DNA of 64,000 nucleotides from the human T2T-CHM13v2.0 reference genome, Homo sapiens, in assembly GCF_009914755.1 (NCBI RefSeq), contig NC_060934.1. One strand, written 5' to 3'. How positions within the stretch are numbered: the stretch's first letter is position 1; each line of letters starts with the position of its first letter. Shown here one piece after another: positions 1 to 14,029 of the stretch. The translations under genes were made by a program, and so were the position numbers. Under the pieces are notes generated by a model. The model had not been told where the DNA came from. It was given only the letters and a program-made list of their open reading frames with translations, and made no database searches.

Positions 1-199
1 GGCTGGGTACACGCAGGTTCACACCCAGGTGTGAGCAAGATTGCCAAACTATACCTATAAGGCGTTTGGAGGAGAGAGTCCAAAAGTCACGAGACCCGGC
101 TAATTTAGCTACTATTTCACAACAACCCTGATCGTGGTCGGACTTGTTTCTAGGAAGATGCGATGGGCTGGAACTTCCTTCAAGAACAGATTGCAAAAG

Positions 200-1200
200 G
201 CAGCCGACCAGGGCGTGTCAGGTCACTGCCAAGGGAAGCAGCAGCGGAAACCGTCGCCTCCGGCTTAGGCTGCGGAGCGGGAACCCCATTCTCTGAGTTA
301 TGTTTCTGCCTAAACACGCAGAACAAAAGAGTTCGTGGCTGCAAGGGTGGCGCGCGGTAGTATTTCTTGCTAATAAAAGGTCCCCACAGGGACATTTTTG
401 CTATGACTGCAGGCGTGGCCAGTCTCCCTGCACAGCTTCCGGGAAGAGGTGGGGATAGGAGGCTCGCCCCGGGGAAGGTCACGCTCGGGGTCCCCAGACC
501 AGGTCTCCGCACGCCCCTGCCCCGTCGCCTCCCGGGAGCGGCTGCAGTCCCCGTTGGCTGCAGACGGGCAGACACCCGAAGTGTCCGCGCCGGCAGCCGG
601 ACCGCAAGCGAGGAAGAGCGAACCGCGCTCCCGGGCCTGGCCGAAGCGCTTCCTGTGCCAGGTTTCCGGCTCCGGGTCCCGGGAGGAGGATCGCGGGCCA
701 GAGGCGGAGCCGCCGCCCTGCCGCGACTTTCAGACTCCGACCATGGCCTCGCGCTGGTGGCGGTGGCGGCGCGGCTGCTCCTGGAAGCCGGCGGCGCGGA
801 GCCCCGGGCCCGGCTCCCCCGGCCGTGCGGGACCGTTGGGGCCGAGCGCCGCTGCCGAAGTCCGCGCGCAGGTGAGGTTGGGAGGCGCGCGCCCGGCGGG
901 GCTCAGAGGTCACGGCTCCAATGACAGCAGTGGGCGGAATGAATGGGAGCGGGGAGCACGTGCGTCGCGACGCGGGGGCGCGCGGGGTAGCTCCGGGGTA
1001 GCTCCGGGGTGGGACTCCGGAGCTGAGGGGTGCCCGCGGTGGGACGGAGCCGCGCGTTGGACTGAAGTAGGGGCGCCCTACACGGGGTTGCAGAAAGCGG
1101 TGTCCTGGGGACCCCGGGAGCGTTTTGGGGGGTGGAGAAAGCGGTGGGATCCGTGTCCTGGGGGAAGCGCAGGAGCGATCAGATTGACCGCTGCTATATG
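200..1200 (+). promoter_or_regulatory. PDSS1: CpG island / PDSS1 promoter and exon 1 region
   Basis: Very GC- and CpG-rich, spans the ATG; ETS-like CTTCCGG/CCGAAGT motifs, TTCCGGGAA at 438-446, E-box CACGTG at 957-962; strong Kozak ccgaccATGG at 743. Confidence 0.85.
743..871 (+). CDS. PDSS1: PDSS1 exon 1 CDS (MASRWWRWRR...EVRAQ, Arg-rich mitochondrial-presequence-like)
   Basis: 129 nt, Kozak ATG, donor CAG|GTGAGG; matches the known PDSS1 N-terminus. Confidence 0.97.
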
Positions 1201-1875
1201 GACAAGGTTAATTAAGCCTGGAGAGCGACTGCAGCTATTTACTTTGGAGTTAGAGGAAGACAGATCTTGCCTGAAATTTTAGAGCCAAAGTGCTCAGAGC
1301 TCTCTCCGAGAAACGGAGGATCGAATCGGCCTCGGAATAGTCCGAAAAGGTCTTGTGGAGAATGCAGGGCTGGTGCTAGGGTGGACCGGACCTTAGTTGT
1401 CCAGCAGTGGCTTCGGGAGGAGAGCACACCTGGATGGGGCTGGAATGACACTGGAAGGAGAAAGGCCCGAGGCCGTCAGGAGGAGAGAAACCCTGGAGTC
1501 ATCTAAAGTCAGAATCTCAGTGATAGCCCATTCTTTCAGGGTCTCCTCTGCTGCCTTTGGGTTCCGATCTCCTTTTTCTCCCTTTCTGGTCAGTTTAGCC
1601 CCTGTAAATGGACACTGTGAGCCCTTCTGCACTTTGTAATGATTCTCAGTGTGCCATGGGGTAGGCCCATGCTATTAGCATAACCGTGCAAAATCTATGG
1701 ACTCACTGTTACTTAAGTTTATTTGAATTTAGTACTCTTTTAATTCAGATTTGGTATACTTTATGTGTCCGTGTTCTCATCAAACATCATTTCCCAGTAT
1801 GAAGTATATAACACTTATAAATATCTACTTTGTACCAAAGTAGATGCGTATCACAAATTATCCAAAACAAGGCTT

Positions 1876-3330
<1,455 letters not shown>

Positions 3331-3470
3331 TTTGATTCTTACCCAGCACTTTCTCTTTAGCTGAGCGTGGTGGCTCACGCCTGTAATCCCAACAGTTTGG
3401 GAGGCCGAGGCAGGAGAATCCCTTTAGCTCAGGAGTTCGAGACCAGCCTGGGCCACTTAGTGAGACCTCC

Positions 3471-5721
3471 TGATACGGTTTGGCTCTGTATGCCCACCCA
3501 CATCTATCTCGAATTGTAATCCCCAATTACATTTGGGGACCAGGGAGGGTCAAGGGAGGGACCAGGTGGAGGTAATTGGATCATGGGGGTGGATTCCCCC
3601 ATGCTGTTCTCATGATAGGGAGTTCTCACAAGATCTCCTGGTTTTATAAGTGTTTGGTAGTTCCTCCTGTGTTCATTCTGTCTCCTGCCGCCTTGTGAAG
3701 AAGGTGCTTGTTTCTCCTTCTCCTTCTTCCACCATGATTCTAAGTTTCTGAGGCCTCCCCAGCCATTCAGAACTGTGAGTCAATTAAACCTCTTTCCTAT
3801 AATTATAAATTGCCCAGTCATGGGTAATTTCTTTATAGCAGTGTGAGAATGGACCAATACAGATAATTGGTACCAAAGTAGTTGGCATTGATATAAGATA
3901 CCTGAGAATGTGGAAATTACTTTGGAACTGGGTAACAAGCAGAGGTTGGAATAGTTTGGAGGGCTCAGAAGAACAAAGGAAGATGTAGGAAAGTTTGGAA
4001 ATTCCTAGAGTCTTGTTGAATGGCTTTGACCAAAATGCTGAAAGTGATATGGATGATGAAGTCCAGGCTGAGGTGGTCTCAGATGGAGATGAGGAGCTTC
4101 CTGGGAACTGGGCAAAGGTCACTCTTGCTATGCTTTAGCAAAGAGACTGGTGGCATTTTGCCCCACCCTAGAGATCTGTGGAACTTTGAGCCTGAGAGAG
4201 ATGATCTGAAATTGGAACTTAAATTTAAAGGGGAAGCAGAGCATAAACGTTTGGAAAATTTGCAGCCTGAAGATGTGATAGAAAAGAATTTTCTGGGGAG
4301 GAATTCAAGCTGGCTGCAGACATTTGCATAAGTAACAAGGAGCCGAATGTTAATAGCCAAGAGAATGGGGAAAATGTCTCCAGAGCATGTCAGAGACCTT
4401 CTCTGCAGCCCCTCCCATCACAGGCCAGGAGGCCTAGGAGGGAAAAATGGATTCATGGGCTGGGCCCAGGGCCCTGCTGCTCTGTGCAAGAGCAGCCTTG
4501 GGACTTGGTGCCCTGCTTCCCAGCCGTAGCTAAAAGGGGCCAAGGTACAGCTTGGGCCATTGCTTCAGAGGGTATAAGCCCCAAGCCTTGGTGGCTTCCA
4601 TGTGCTGCTGAGCCTGCAAGGTGCACAGAAGACAACAATTTGGGAACTTCTGCCTAGATTTCAGAGGATGTATGGAAATGCCTCAATGCCCAGGCAGAAG
4701 TCTGCTGAAGGGGGGAGAACCCTCATGGAGAACCTCTGTTAGGACAGTGCAGAAAGGAAATGTGGGGTTGCAGCCCCCACACGGAGTCCCTGCTGGGGCA
4801 CTGCCTAATGGAGCTGTGAAAGGAGGGCCACCGTGCTCTAGACCCCAGAATGGTAGGTCCACCAACAGCTTCCACCGTGCACCTGGAAAAGCTGCAGGCA
4901 CTCAATGCCAGCCCATGAGAATAGCAGTGGGGGTTGAACCCTGCAAAGCCACAGAGGCAGAGCCACCCAAGTTCTTGGGAGCCCACCCTTTGCATCAGTG
5001 TGACCTAGATGTGAGACATGGAGTCAAAGATCATTTTGGAGCTTTAAGTAATGACTGCCCTGCTGGGTTTGGACTTGCATGAGGCCTGTAAGCCCCTTCG
5101 TTTTGGCCAATTTCTACCATTTGGAATGGGAACATTTAACCAATGCCTGTACCCCCATTGTATCTTGGATGTAACTAACTTGTTTTTGATTTTACAGGTT
5201 CATAGGCGGAAGGGACTTGACTTGTCTCAGGTAAGACTTTGGACTTGGACTTTTGAGTTAATGCTAGAATGAGTTAAGACTTTTGAGGACTGTTCGGAAG
5301 GAATGATTGGTTTTGAAAAATGAGGATATGAGATTTGGGAGGAGCAAGGGGCAGAACGATATGGTTGGTTCTGTGTCTCTACCCAAATCTCATCTCAAAT
5401 TTTAATCCCCATGTGTCAAAGGAGGGCCTATGTGGAGGTAATTGGATCCTGGGGGCAGATTCCCCCATGCTGTTCTTGTTATAGCGAATTCTTATGAGAT
5501 CTGATGGTTTTATAAGTGATTGGTAGTTCCTTCTGTGTTCATTCTCCTTCCTGCTGCCTAGTGAAGAAGGTGCCTTGCTTTCCCTTTTCCTTCTGCCATG
5601 ATTGTAAGTTTCTTGAGGCCTCCCTAGCCGTTTGGAACTGTGAGTCAGTTACACCTCTTTCTTTTATAAATTACCCAGTCTTGGGTATTTCTTTATAGCA
5701 ATGTGAAAACGTACTAATACA
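3471..5721 (+). mobile_element. Full-length THE1 (THE1D-like, ERVL-MaLR) element: 5' LTR 3471-3861, internal 3862-5356, 3' LTR 5357-5721
   Basis: Two similar LTRs (tgatacggtttgg...aataca and cgatatggttgg...aataca), typical MaLR internal sequence, polypurine tract before the 3' LTR, 5-bp TSD CCTCC/CCTCG. Confidence 0.9.
5198..5230 (+). CDS. PDSS1: PDSS1 exon 2 (VHRRKGLDLSQ), derived from THE1 internal sequence
   Basis: 33 nt, phase 0/0; branch point TAACTAAC 5172-5179, acceptor tttacag, donor CAG|GTAAGA; peptide present in the 415-aa human PDSS1 as I recall it. Confidence 0.93.
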
Positions 5722-5732
5722 CCTCGTTTCTA

Positions 5733-5981
<249 letters not shown>

Positions 5982-6816
5982 TCACTGCTTTTCTGAGCAC
6001 CTCTCACCTCCCTTTGAAAAACTGCTCTAAAGTACTTTTAAAGCAGAAAATAGTAGCTTGATTGAATAGATACTGTATTAAATGTATATTGTGTACCAGG
6101 CTCTGAGCTAAGAGCTTTACATCTGCTCTCTAAATTAATCTCCACCTCTCTCCATGAGTAGGTATTATCAGAAAGACATCACAAGGTAACACAAATGTTG
6201 AGATTTGAACCGAGATCTGTCTTCCAAAGTCCATGCTACTAATAATTGTTAGGCCACTTGGTGGTAAAAAGCGTCCCCTGTATTAATTAGCTGTGTAATT
6301 TTAATCCTTCAACCCAGATTAGGGGTCTATAACTGAATAACCAAAAAGTTATTCAGTTAGAATAGTTCAGTTAGTTATTAACTAATCATAGTTATTTGGT
6401 CAAGCGCAGTGACTCACGTCTGTAATTCCAGCACTTGGGGAGGCTGTGGCAGGAGGATTTCTAATAATAGTAACTATTACTAGAGACCTGATAATAATTA
6501 TTAAGTCTCTTACTGAAGAAGTTTTACTCTTCCATTAAGATGCCCTTATTTATAAGTATTATAATAAAATACTGAACTCATATGAATTAATTACCCATGT
6601 AGACTGAAAGACATAGGTTGTCATATAATGGTTGTCATATAAAGCATGAAGGAGGATTGTCACTTTGTTTTCTTGTTGCACTGTAATTGCCTGGGATATC
6701 ATGAAAGTTCTTACTGGTTTAATGAATATGTAATGCTGTGGGGGAAAGAATGAAACTCAGGCCAACTACTTTGACTGGTGTCTGGCAAAGTCAACTTTCA
6801 TTGCCATTTTAATATG

Positions 6817-7100
6817 GCGCCGGGCGCGGTGGCTCACGCCTGTAATCCCAGCACTTTGGGAGGCCAAGGCGGGCGGATCATGAGGTCAGGAGATCGAGAC
6901 CATCCTGGCTAACACGGTGAAACCCCATCTCTACTAAAAATACAAAAAATTAGCCAGGCGAGGTGGTGGGCGCCTGTAGTCCCAGCTACTCAGGAGGCTG
7001 AGACAGGAGAATGGCGTGAACCCCGGGGGGCGGAGCCTGCAGTGAGCCGAGATAGCGCCACTGCACTCCAGCCTGGACAACAGAACGAGACTCCGTCTCA

Positions 7101-7141
<41 letters not shown>
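6817..7141 (+). mobile_element. Young AluY (AluYe-like)
   Basis: Many intact CpGs, gcgaggtgg and aaccccggggggcggagcctgc variants, ~40-nt pure A tail, TSD aatatggc. Confidence 0.85.
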
Positions 7142-7144
<3 letters not shown>

Positions 7145-7714
7145 GGCTAGAGCAATACATGTTCATTAGAGAAGAATCAGAAAATATCTACCAAAAGAAG
7201 GAATAAAACAAAACACCCCCACAATCCGATTCATTCCAGAATAACTACTTTTAACACCCTGGTTTATGTGCTTTCAAACTCTGTTCTCCCATTTCCAAAG
7301 TATGTTGAGGAACACGAACTTAAAATAGACAGTGTTTGTATAAATATAAATTCCTTCCTTGCTATTGAAATCTTTTTTCCTCTGACCAATCTTAGTTAAA
7401 TGGAAGGAAATTGTTTTAAAACTAATTTTCAGGTCTGGAAAGATAGATATGAATATGGAAATGGCTTTCTTTGGGGGAAGGGATGGACTGAAGATGGTTA
7501 TTATTTTCTCCTTTTTTCTTATTTATGTTTTCTGCAATGACAAGTATTTTGTAATAACAAAAGGAAACTTTAAAATTATTCTTCCTCTAAAGTTTGCAAT
7601 CTACCTGTAAATGGGTGATTAGAAGATAAAGATTATAATTATGGGGGTTTTATCATCCAATGTTACAGTTTTTCAGGAATATTCTTACAAGTTTCTTGAC
7701 ATTTTTATTTATAG

Positions 7715-7779
7715 ATACCCTATATTAATCTTGTGAAGCATTTAACATCTGCCTGTCCAAATGTATGTCGTATATCACG
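7715..7779 (+). CDS. PDSS1: PDSS1 exon 3 (IPYINLVKHLTSACPNVCRIS)
   Basis: 65 nt, tttatag acceptor, CG|GTAAGT donor, frame continuity. Confidence 0.95.
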
Positions 7780-8323
7780 GTAAGTTTACAGTCCATACTG
7801 CAACTACTAAAATTATCCATTTTTAAATTTATTATTGTTTAAAAATTTTTTTTTGTAGCGATGGGGAGCTCACTGTGTTGCCCAGGCTGGTCTTGAACTG
7901 CTGGCCTCAAGCTATCCTCCCACCCTCAGGTTCCCAAAGTGCTGGGATTGCAGACATAAGCACCCGGCCTAAAATTATTAATTATATTGCCTGTAAATTT
8001 CTATTCTAAATTGTAGATCTCTGCCTATTCAAAAAACAGGAATATAATAAAGTTTGAGCTCAAACCAGAACACAATGAACATAGTTTAGTTTTTCTTTGA
8101 TTTTGTGGGTTCTCAAGGCCCTATTTATAAAAGTGATCTATTGATCTGTCATTTAGCAAGAATAGAATTCTGTATGTTTTTCCAAATTATAATGACCTTT
8201 TCAGATTCATGATTAATTTCTAGCAAATATTTGGGCTGAATTTTCCGTATCTGAGTCTCCTAAATATATATGTATATAAAACTTACTTGAAAATGAAGTC
8301 ATGTGCATTTTTGCATGTCCCAG

Positions 8324-8432
8324 GTTTCATCACACAACCCCAGACAGTAAAACACACAGTGGTGAAAAATACACCGATCCTTTCAAACTCGGTTGGAGAG
8401 ACTTGAAAGGTCTGTATGAGGACATTAGAAAG
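8324..8432 (+). CDS. PDSS1: PDSS1 exon 4 (FHHTTPDS...YEDIRK)
   Basis: 109 nt, cccag acceptor, AAG|GTGAGT donor. Confidence 0.96.
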
Positions 8433-9156
8433 GTGAGTTTTTTATTCTGCTGTAATGTAATGTTTTAGCTTACCAAAACTTACTAAAATTTTATTTTATT
8501 TTTTATTCTTATAATTATTACTATTTTTTGAGCTGGAGTCTCACTCTGTTGCCCAGGCTTGAGTGCAGCGGTGCAATCTAAGCTCACTGCAACCCTTGCC
8601 TCCCAGGTTCATGCAATTCTCCTGCCTCAGCCTCCTGAGTAGCTGAGATTATAGGCATGCGCCATCACACCTGGGTAATTTTTGTATTTTTAGTGAAGAC
8701 GGGGTTTTGCTATGTTGGCCAGGCTGGTCTTGAACTCCTGACCTCAGGTGACCTACCCGCCTTGGCCTCCCAAAGTGCTGGGATTACAAAAAAACAGTGC
8801 AGGTTTTCAGATCTGTACAATGCAGTTTGCAATCTTGATTCACGTATGGTCAAGTTTCAAATGTTTCTTGAGAAGAATACATATGACCCAGTGCCAGGCA
8901 ATATGAAGAATGCAATATGTATTTATGTCCAGAAAGAGGTTATGGCAGGGTTGGGAACCTGAAGGAAAAAAATGGTCCAGGTAGCTCATGCTTGTCCAAT
9001 GAGTTATCCCACCTTTCCTCTTAAAACCCACCACCTCCCAGTGACTCCAGCTGTCTCTTCCTTATCTAATTCTGAATGTCATTGCCAGTGTGCCCCAAAT
9101 ATGGCTTTCTTCATTCAACTCTTTTTCCTGAAAACTTTCAGTAGTTTCCAACCTCA

Positions 9157-9354
<198 letters not shown>

Positions 9355-9399
9355 CTAGCACTTTGAGAGGACACCACTTCCTGTTTCACAGACAGTAGG

Positions 9400-11255
9400 G
9401 GCTGTGGAGGAAGAACTCCTTCAGCTCCTGCTCTGTCGCAATTGGCCAGCTTGCCTGCGCCTTCTCTGGCGATTGCCTGCTCTCCTCCCACCCGTGGAAG
9501 TCATGTCCCTTCCCTCTCTAGGGGCAGTCCCTTAGCCAACCTCCCTAGTTTCTTAGGAACTCCCCCAGACATGGCCTCTCCCTCTGTCTGCAAACTTTCA
9601 TTGGCATGGTCTTCCATATCCATTGGGTGTTCAGTTTCTTCACCTGCATTTTTAAAAGGCCCATCCACTGACCCAGTGCTTCACTCCCTCCCTTCCCTCA
9701 CAGTATCCCCTGCCCTCTGCCTTCCTCCAGTGCCTTCATGTTCCCTCCACTATTGCACTGGGGCCCCCTTTCCAGCCTCTCCTCTGAAGCTGGTTTTGCT
9801 TGGGTCACTGATAGCTTCCCTGTGCTAAATCCAATGGATGTGTTACCAGCAGCAAATTTGTACAGGTCTGCAGCAACCTTAATTCTTGCCTCCTCAGAAG
9901 AAAGAATTCGACTGAGGGGCCTAAGGCAGAAGGAGAGACGGAGGCAAGTTTTAGAGCAGGAGAGAAAGTTTATTATTAAGTGTAGAGTAGGAAGGGAAGG
10001 AAGTAAAGTACACTTGTAAGAGGGCCAAGCTGGTGACCTGAGAGAAAGTGTGGTTTGACCTTGGAATTTGGGTTTTAGATGTTGGCATACTTCCAGGGAC
10101 TTGCATCCGATCTCCCCGGTTTCTTCCCTTGGGGTGGGCTGCCCGCATGCGCAGTGGCCCGCCAGTGTTGGGGAGGGGAGCATGCTCAGTGTGTTTACCG
10201 GAGTTTTGCGCATGCTCACGTGAGGCATTCTTCCCATACCAGTCCCAGTTTTCCTAGAAGGACATACACCAATTAAGCTCTGCCATTTTGCCTCTTAGTG
10301 TGCATGGTTGAGCCGACTCACCCAACTCCCGAGATCTTATTGGGAAGCTGATCACCAGTTTCAGGTTTTTGTATCTATTGAGAGACTGCCGTCCCTTGGC
10401 ACCAGCTGTGACCAATTAGTATTTTAGCGACACAGTTAACAACTGCTTGACCATCACGTGATGGTCGCCTTCCTGTTGTGGGTCGGGGAGCCCTCTCCTG
10501 CCCTGCTCATGCCTGACTAGCTATCTACTGTAACGGACACTTCCTGGTTTTCTGACCATTGGGCACTATTGACTGTAACCCCTCCTTGAAACATGGTTCC
10601 CTTCACTCTGCACTTTGTTCCCCCTCCTTATCCTGAGGCTTTTCTTCGGTTCATCACCTCCAGCTCACTTCCTTTAATTTTGCCATTCCCTGGGGTTCCG
10701 TGGGCCCCCTCCTCTCTCTCTTCCTTATATATCTGTGTCCATACTTACGTCTCTCAAATAATATCACTACTCCAGGTTGAATCACATCTCCCACACCCAG
10801 GTAGCTAACTACTCACCGGGAACGCCATGGGGCGGCCATGACGGTCTCAGGCTTAACTCAGCTGAGACTCTACTTTTCCCCCACGAGTTGTTTGTTCTGC
10901 TGTTTTCCTGTTCCTTGGGAACCTGGGAAGAACCCAGGACTTGTCCCTCTCCTTCCCCTCTATGTCCTTCTAGTCTGCCTCTTGTCAGTCCCCACTGCCC
11001 CAGGCCAGGCAATTCCATGCCCCTGGTCCTTTCATTCGTGCTCTTCTCCTCCCTGTCTCAGCTTCCGAGGTGACAGCTTACCTGGGTGACAGCACCACAC
11101 CCATCACACTGTGTTGTGTCAACGGCAGTGATCGTTTTACTTCTCCCCATCTAGACCCTGAGCTCCTTGTAGGCAAGGCTTGTCTTACTTTACCTTTGTG
11201 ACCTCTGTGTCTGTTACAGTGCCTGGCACTAAGTCGGTAATTTACTGAATGAACG
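9400..11255 (+). mobile_element. Degenerate L2 LINE fragments flanking the LTR
   Basis: aaatccaatgg...ccctccttgaaac motif and L2 3' end (cagtgcctggcac...tgaatgaa). Confidence 0.6.
9841..10535 (-). mobile_element. Solo LTR, MER50-like (ERV1), inserted in an L2
   Basis: tgttacc...actgtaac termini, MER50-like body, 4-bp TSD GATG/GACA (CpG-decayed GACG). Confidence 0.75.
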
Positions 11256-12282
11256 ATGGGCCCACTTTGTTGTGTTCACCTGTGCCGAGCTGAGGTTCAT
11301 TGACTCCCACTGCATCCAGGGGATAAACTCTGACTTAGTCTTGGAGTGGCAGATACAAGCGACACACACCCGTCAGCTGGAAGGCTCTTGTCCTCTTTGT
11401 GAATCAGAACCCTGTTTAGGCTTCTAATCCCACATCAAAGCCCATCTCCTCCATGAAATACTCAGTTTTTCTAGCCTGCACTGATCTCTTCCTTCCCTGA
11501 ACTTTCAATGTATTTAATGTACAGCATTGTTCACGCTACCACTGTATTCGTCATTGATTGTTTCATATTTGCAAAATGTTTCTCTCCCCAGTTCAGTTGT
11601 AGGCTCCTTGTAATCCGGCAGCCCATGCCTTATATGGGCTCTATGCGCTTACGTGGGCCTCTATGAACCCTCAAAATGTCTTTTGCCAAATAAAGGCCAA
11701 GCCAGATGGACTGAGCCCTGTTTCTTCTCCTTGGCTGTGGCCTTACTATCTTCCTGCCCCTCGTAAACAGCTTTGCCCCTGGGAGTTTGAGGCTGCAGTG
11801 AGTTATGATCGTGCCACTGCCCTGAGGCCTGGGTGACAGAGCAAGACCTTGTCTCTAAAAAAATTAAAATAAAAAATTTAAAAAAACAACTTTGCCACCC
11901 TACCCATCACACCCCACCCGCCTGACCTGCTTCACAGGCTCCCGACGGCCACTGGCTTCCACCTTCCCCATCTTTCTCTTCCCGCCTCCATCTTTTAAGC
12001 TGCGAACCAGCCCCTGTTCCTTTCACTGTCCAGCTGTCAATGAGCCCAGAGTCCCTTAGCCACCTAGTGCTTTCTTCCCCCTCCTGCTGTCTCTTGGGGT
12101 CTTCTGGTGTCTGATTCTGTCAGCGGGGCAGGTGGCAGTACCTGTTCTAGCATTCAGGCCACTTGGGGCTGATCCACGCATTGTTTATGTTCTAGCCTGC
12201 AGGACAGCCAGGTGGATGGCCCTGCAGCGTGGGAGCCTTGCCCACGGAGTGTTGAATTTCTTAATTGAAATGAATACACTTA

Positions 12283-12595
<313 letters not shown>

Positions 12596-12673
12596 TCAAA
12601 AAAAAAAAGAAATCCTGTTGGCTTTCTGTGCAGTTTTTTGATGCCATTGTGACACAGAGAAACTTTATTTCAG

Positions 12674-12804
12674 GAACTGCTTATATCAACATCAGAACTT
12701 AAGGAAATGTCTGAGTACTACTTTGATGGGAAAGGGAAAGCCTTTCGACCAATTATTGTGGCGCTAATGGCCCGAGCATGCAATATTCATCATAACAACT
12801 CCCG
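12674..12804 (+). CDS. PDSS1: PDSS1 exon 5 (ELLIST...GKAFRP...HHNNS)
   Basis: 131 nt, GKxxRP prenyltransferase motif, tttcag acceptor, CG|GTGAGC donor. Confidence 0.96.
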
Positions 12805-12897
12805 GTGAGCTCTTTTTTTCATTCCTTTCTTGTTTTTATATTTGGCAAGTCTTTCTTCCCGGGGTTACTTACTGTTTCATTTCCCATTTAAGAATTA

Positions 12898-13224
<327 letters not shown>

Positions 13225-13599
13225 TTAAAACAAAACTTTGGAGGGGATTTTAATAAACGATAGAAGGTATATCTTAAGAAACAGAGCACGAGGGAGAAAC
13301 TACTACTTACTGATTTTTATATTTTCCTTTATTAAGCTTTTCAGTTGTCCATTAAATGTTCCCTACTAGATTACGGGGAGTTCTTAACTTGAGGTTCACG
13401 GGAGTTGTGGGATGTCTGTAAACAACTTGACATTGTATGCAAAATTTTGTGTATATTTGGATTTTTTGGGGAAGGATTTCTATGGCTTACAGTTTATTCT
13501 CAAAGGGAAGTAGGGCCCTGAAAAGCTCAGGACCCCGTGTTTGTTTTCTCTCTGAATCTTGCTAACCATGGTGTCTGGGTAGAGAAAGTAGGAATCCAC

Positions 13600-14029
13600 A
13601 CAACAGTAGACTCAGACTTGACATGTCCAGAACACAGAGTTGTGGTGGATCCTGAGACTTGCCCCCAGATCCCCCGTCAGTGCACGACTCTGCCCCAGCT
13701 GCTGTACCAGGTATGGTTGGTACCTGTTGGCCTTCATTTCTTAGCCTCTTCAAGGATTGCCTTGGCTACAAAGAGTCCTCTCACCTTAGGCTGTGCCCCT
13801 TCGGGAGGCAGCCCACATCCAGGGACTGATAGATGAAGGGCCATTCTACCTGCACACCCTAGAGGGTGTTTCAGGCTGTTGATTCCAGCTCAGCTTCTCC
13901 TGCTACCCAGTCCTGTATCCTCTCCCCCTCCCTCAGGTGTCAGTAATCCCAAGGGATAATCCCGAATAAACATCCTGTCCTTTAAACTTCATCTCAGAGT
14001 CTGCCTCCTGCAGAACCTAACTTGCAACA
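13600..14029 (+). mobile_element. Ancient ERVL LTR (LTR16-like)
   Basis: 3' end aataaacatcctg...ctcagagtctgc...gaacctaacttgcaaca resembles the LTR16 family. Confidence 0.6.

Noticed and set aside
163-1282. Long overlapping ORFs in the CpG island (e.g. 367..924, 449..1282, 180..575)
   Set aside because: Stop-poor GC-rich sequence; only 743-871 is supported by a Kozak ATG and a donor. The in-frame upstream extension has no ATG.
3784-5272. ORFs of 60-153 aa within the THE1 internal region
   Set aside because: Fragmented remnants of MaLR internal sequence; only the 33-nt exon has splice support
8760-8800. Abrupt Alu end (ggattaca|aaaaaac) as a deletion breakpoint
   Set aside because: Equally explained by ordinary 5' truncation; no further evidence
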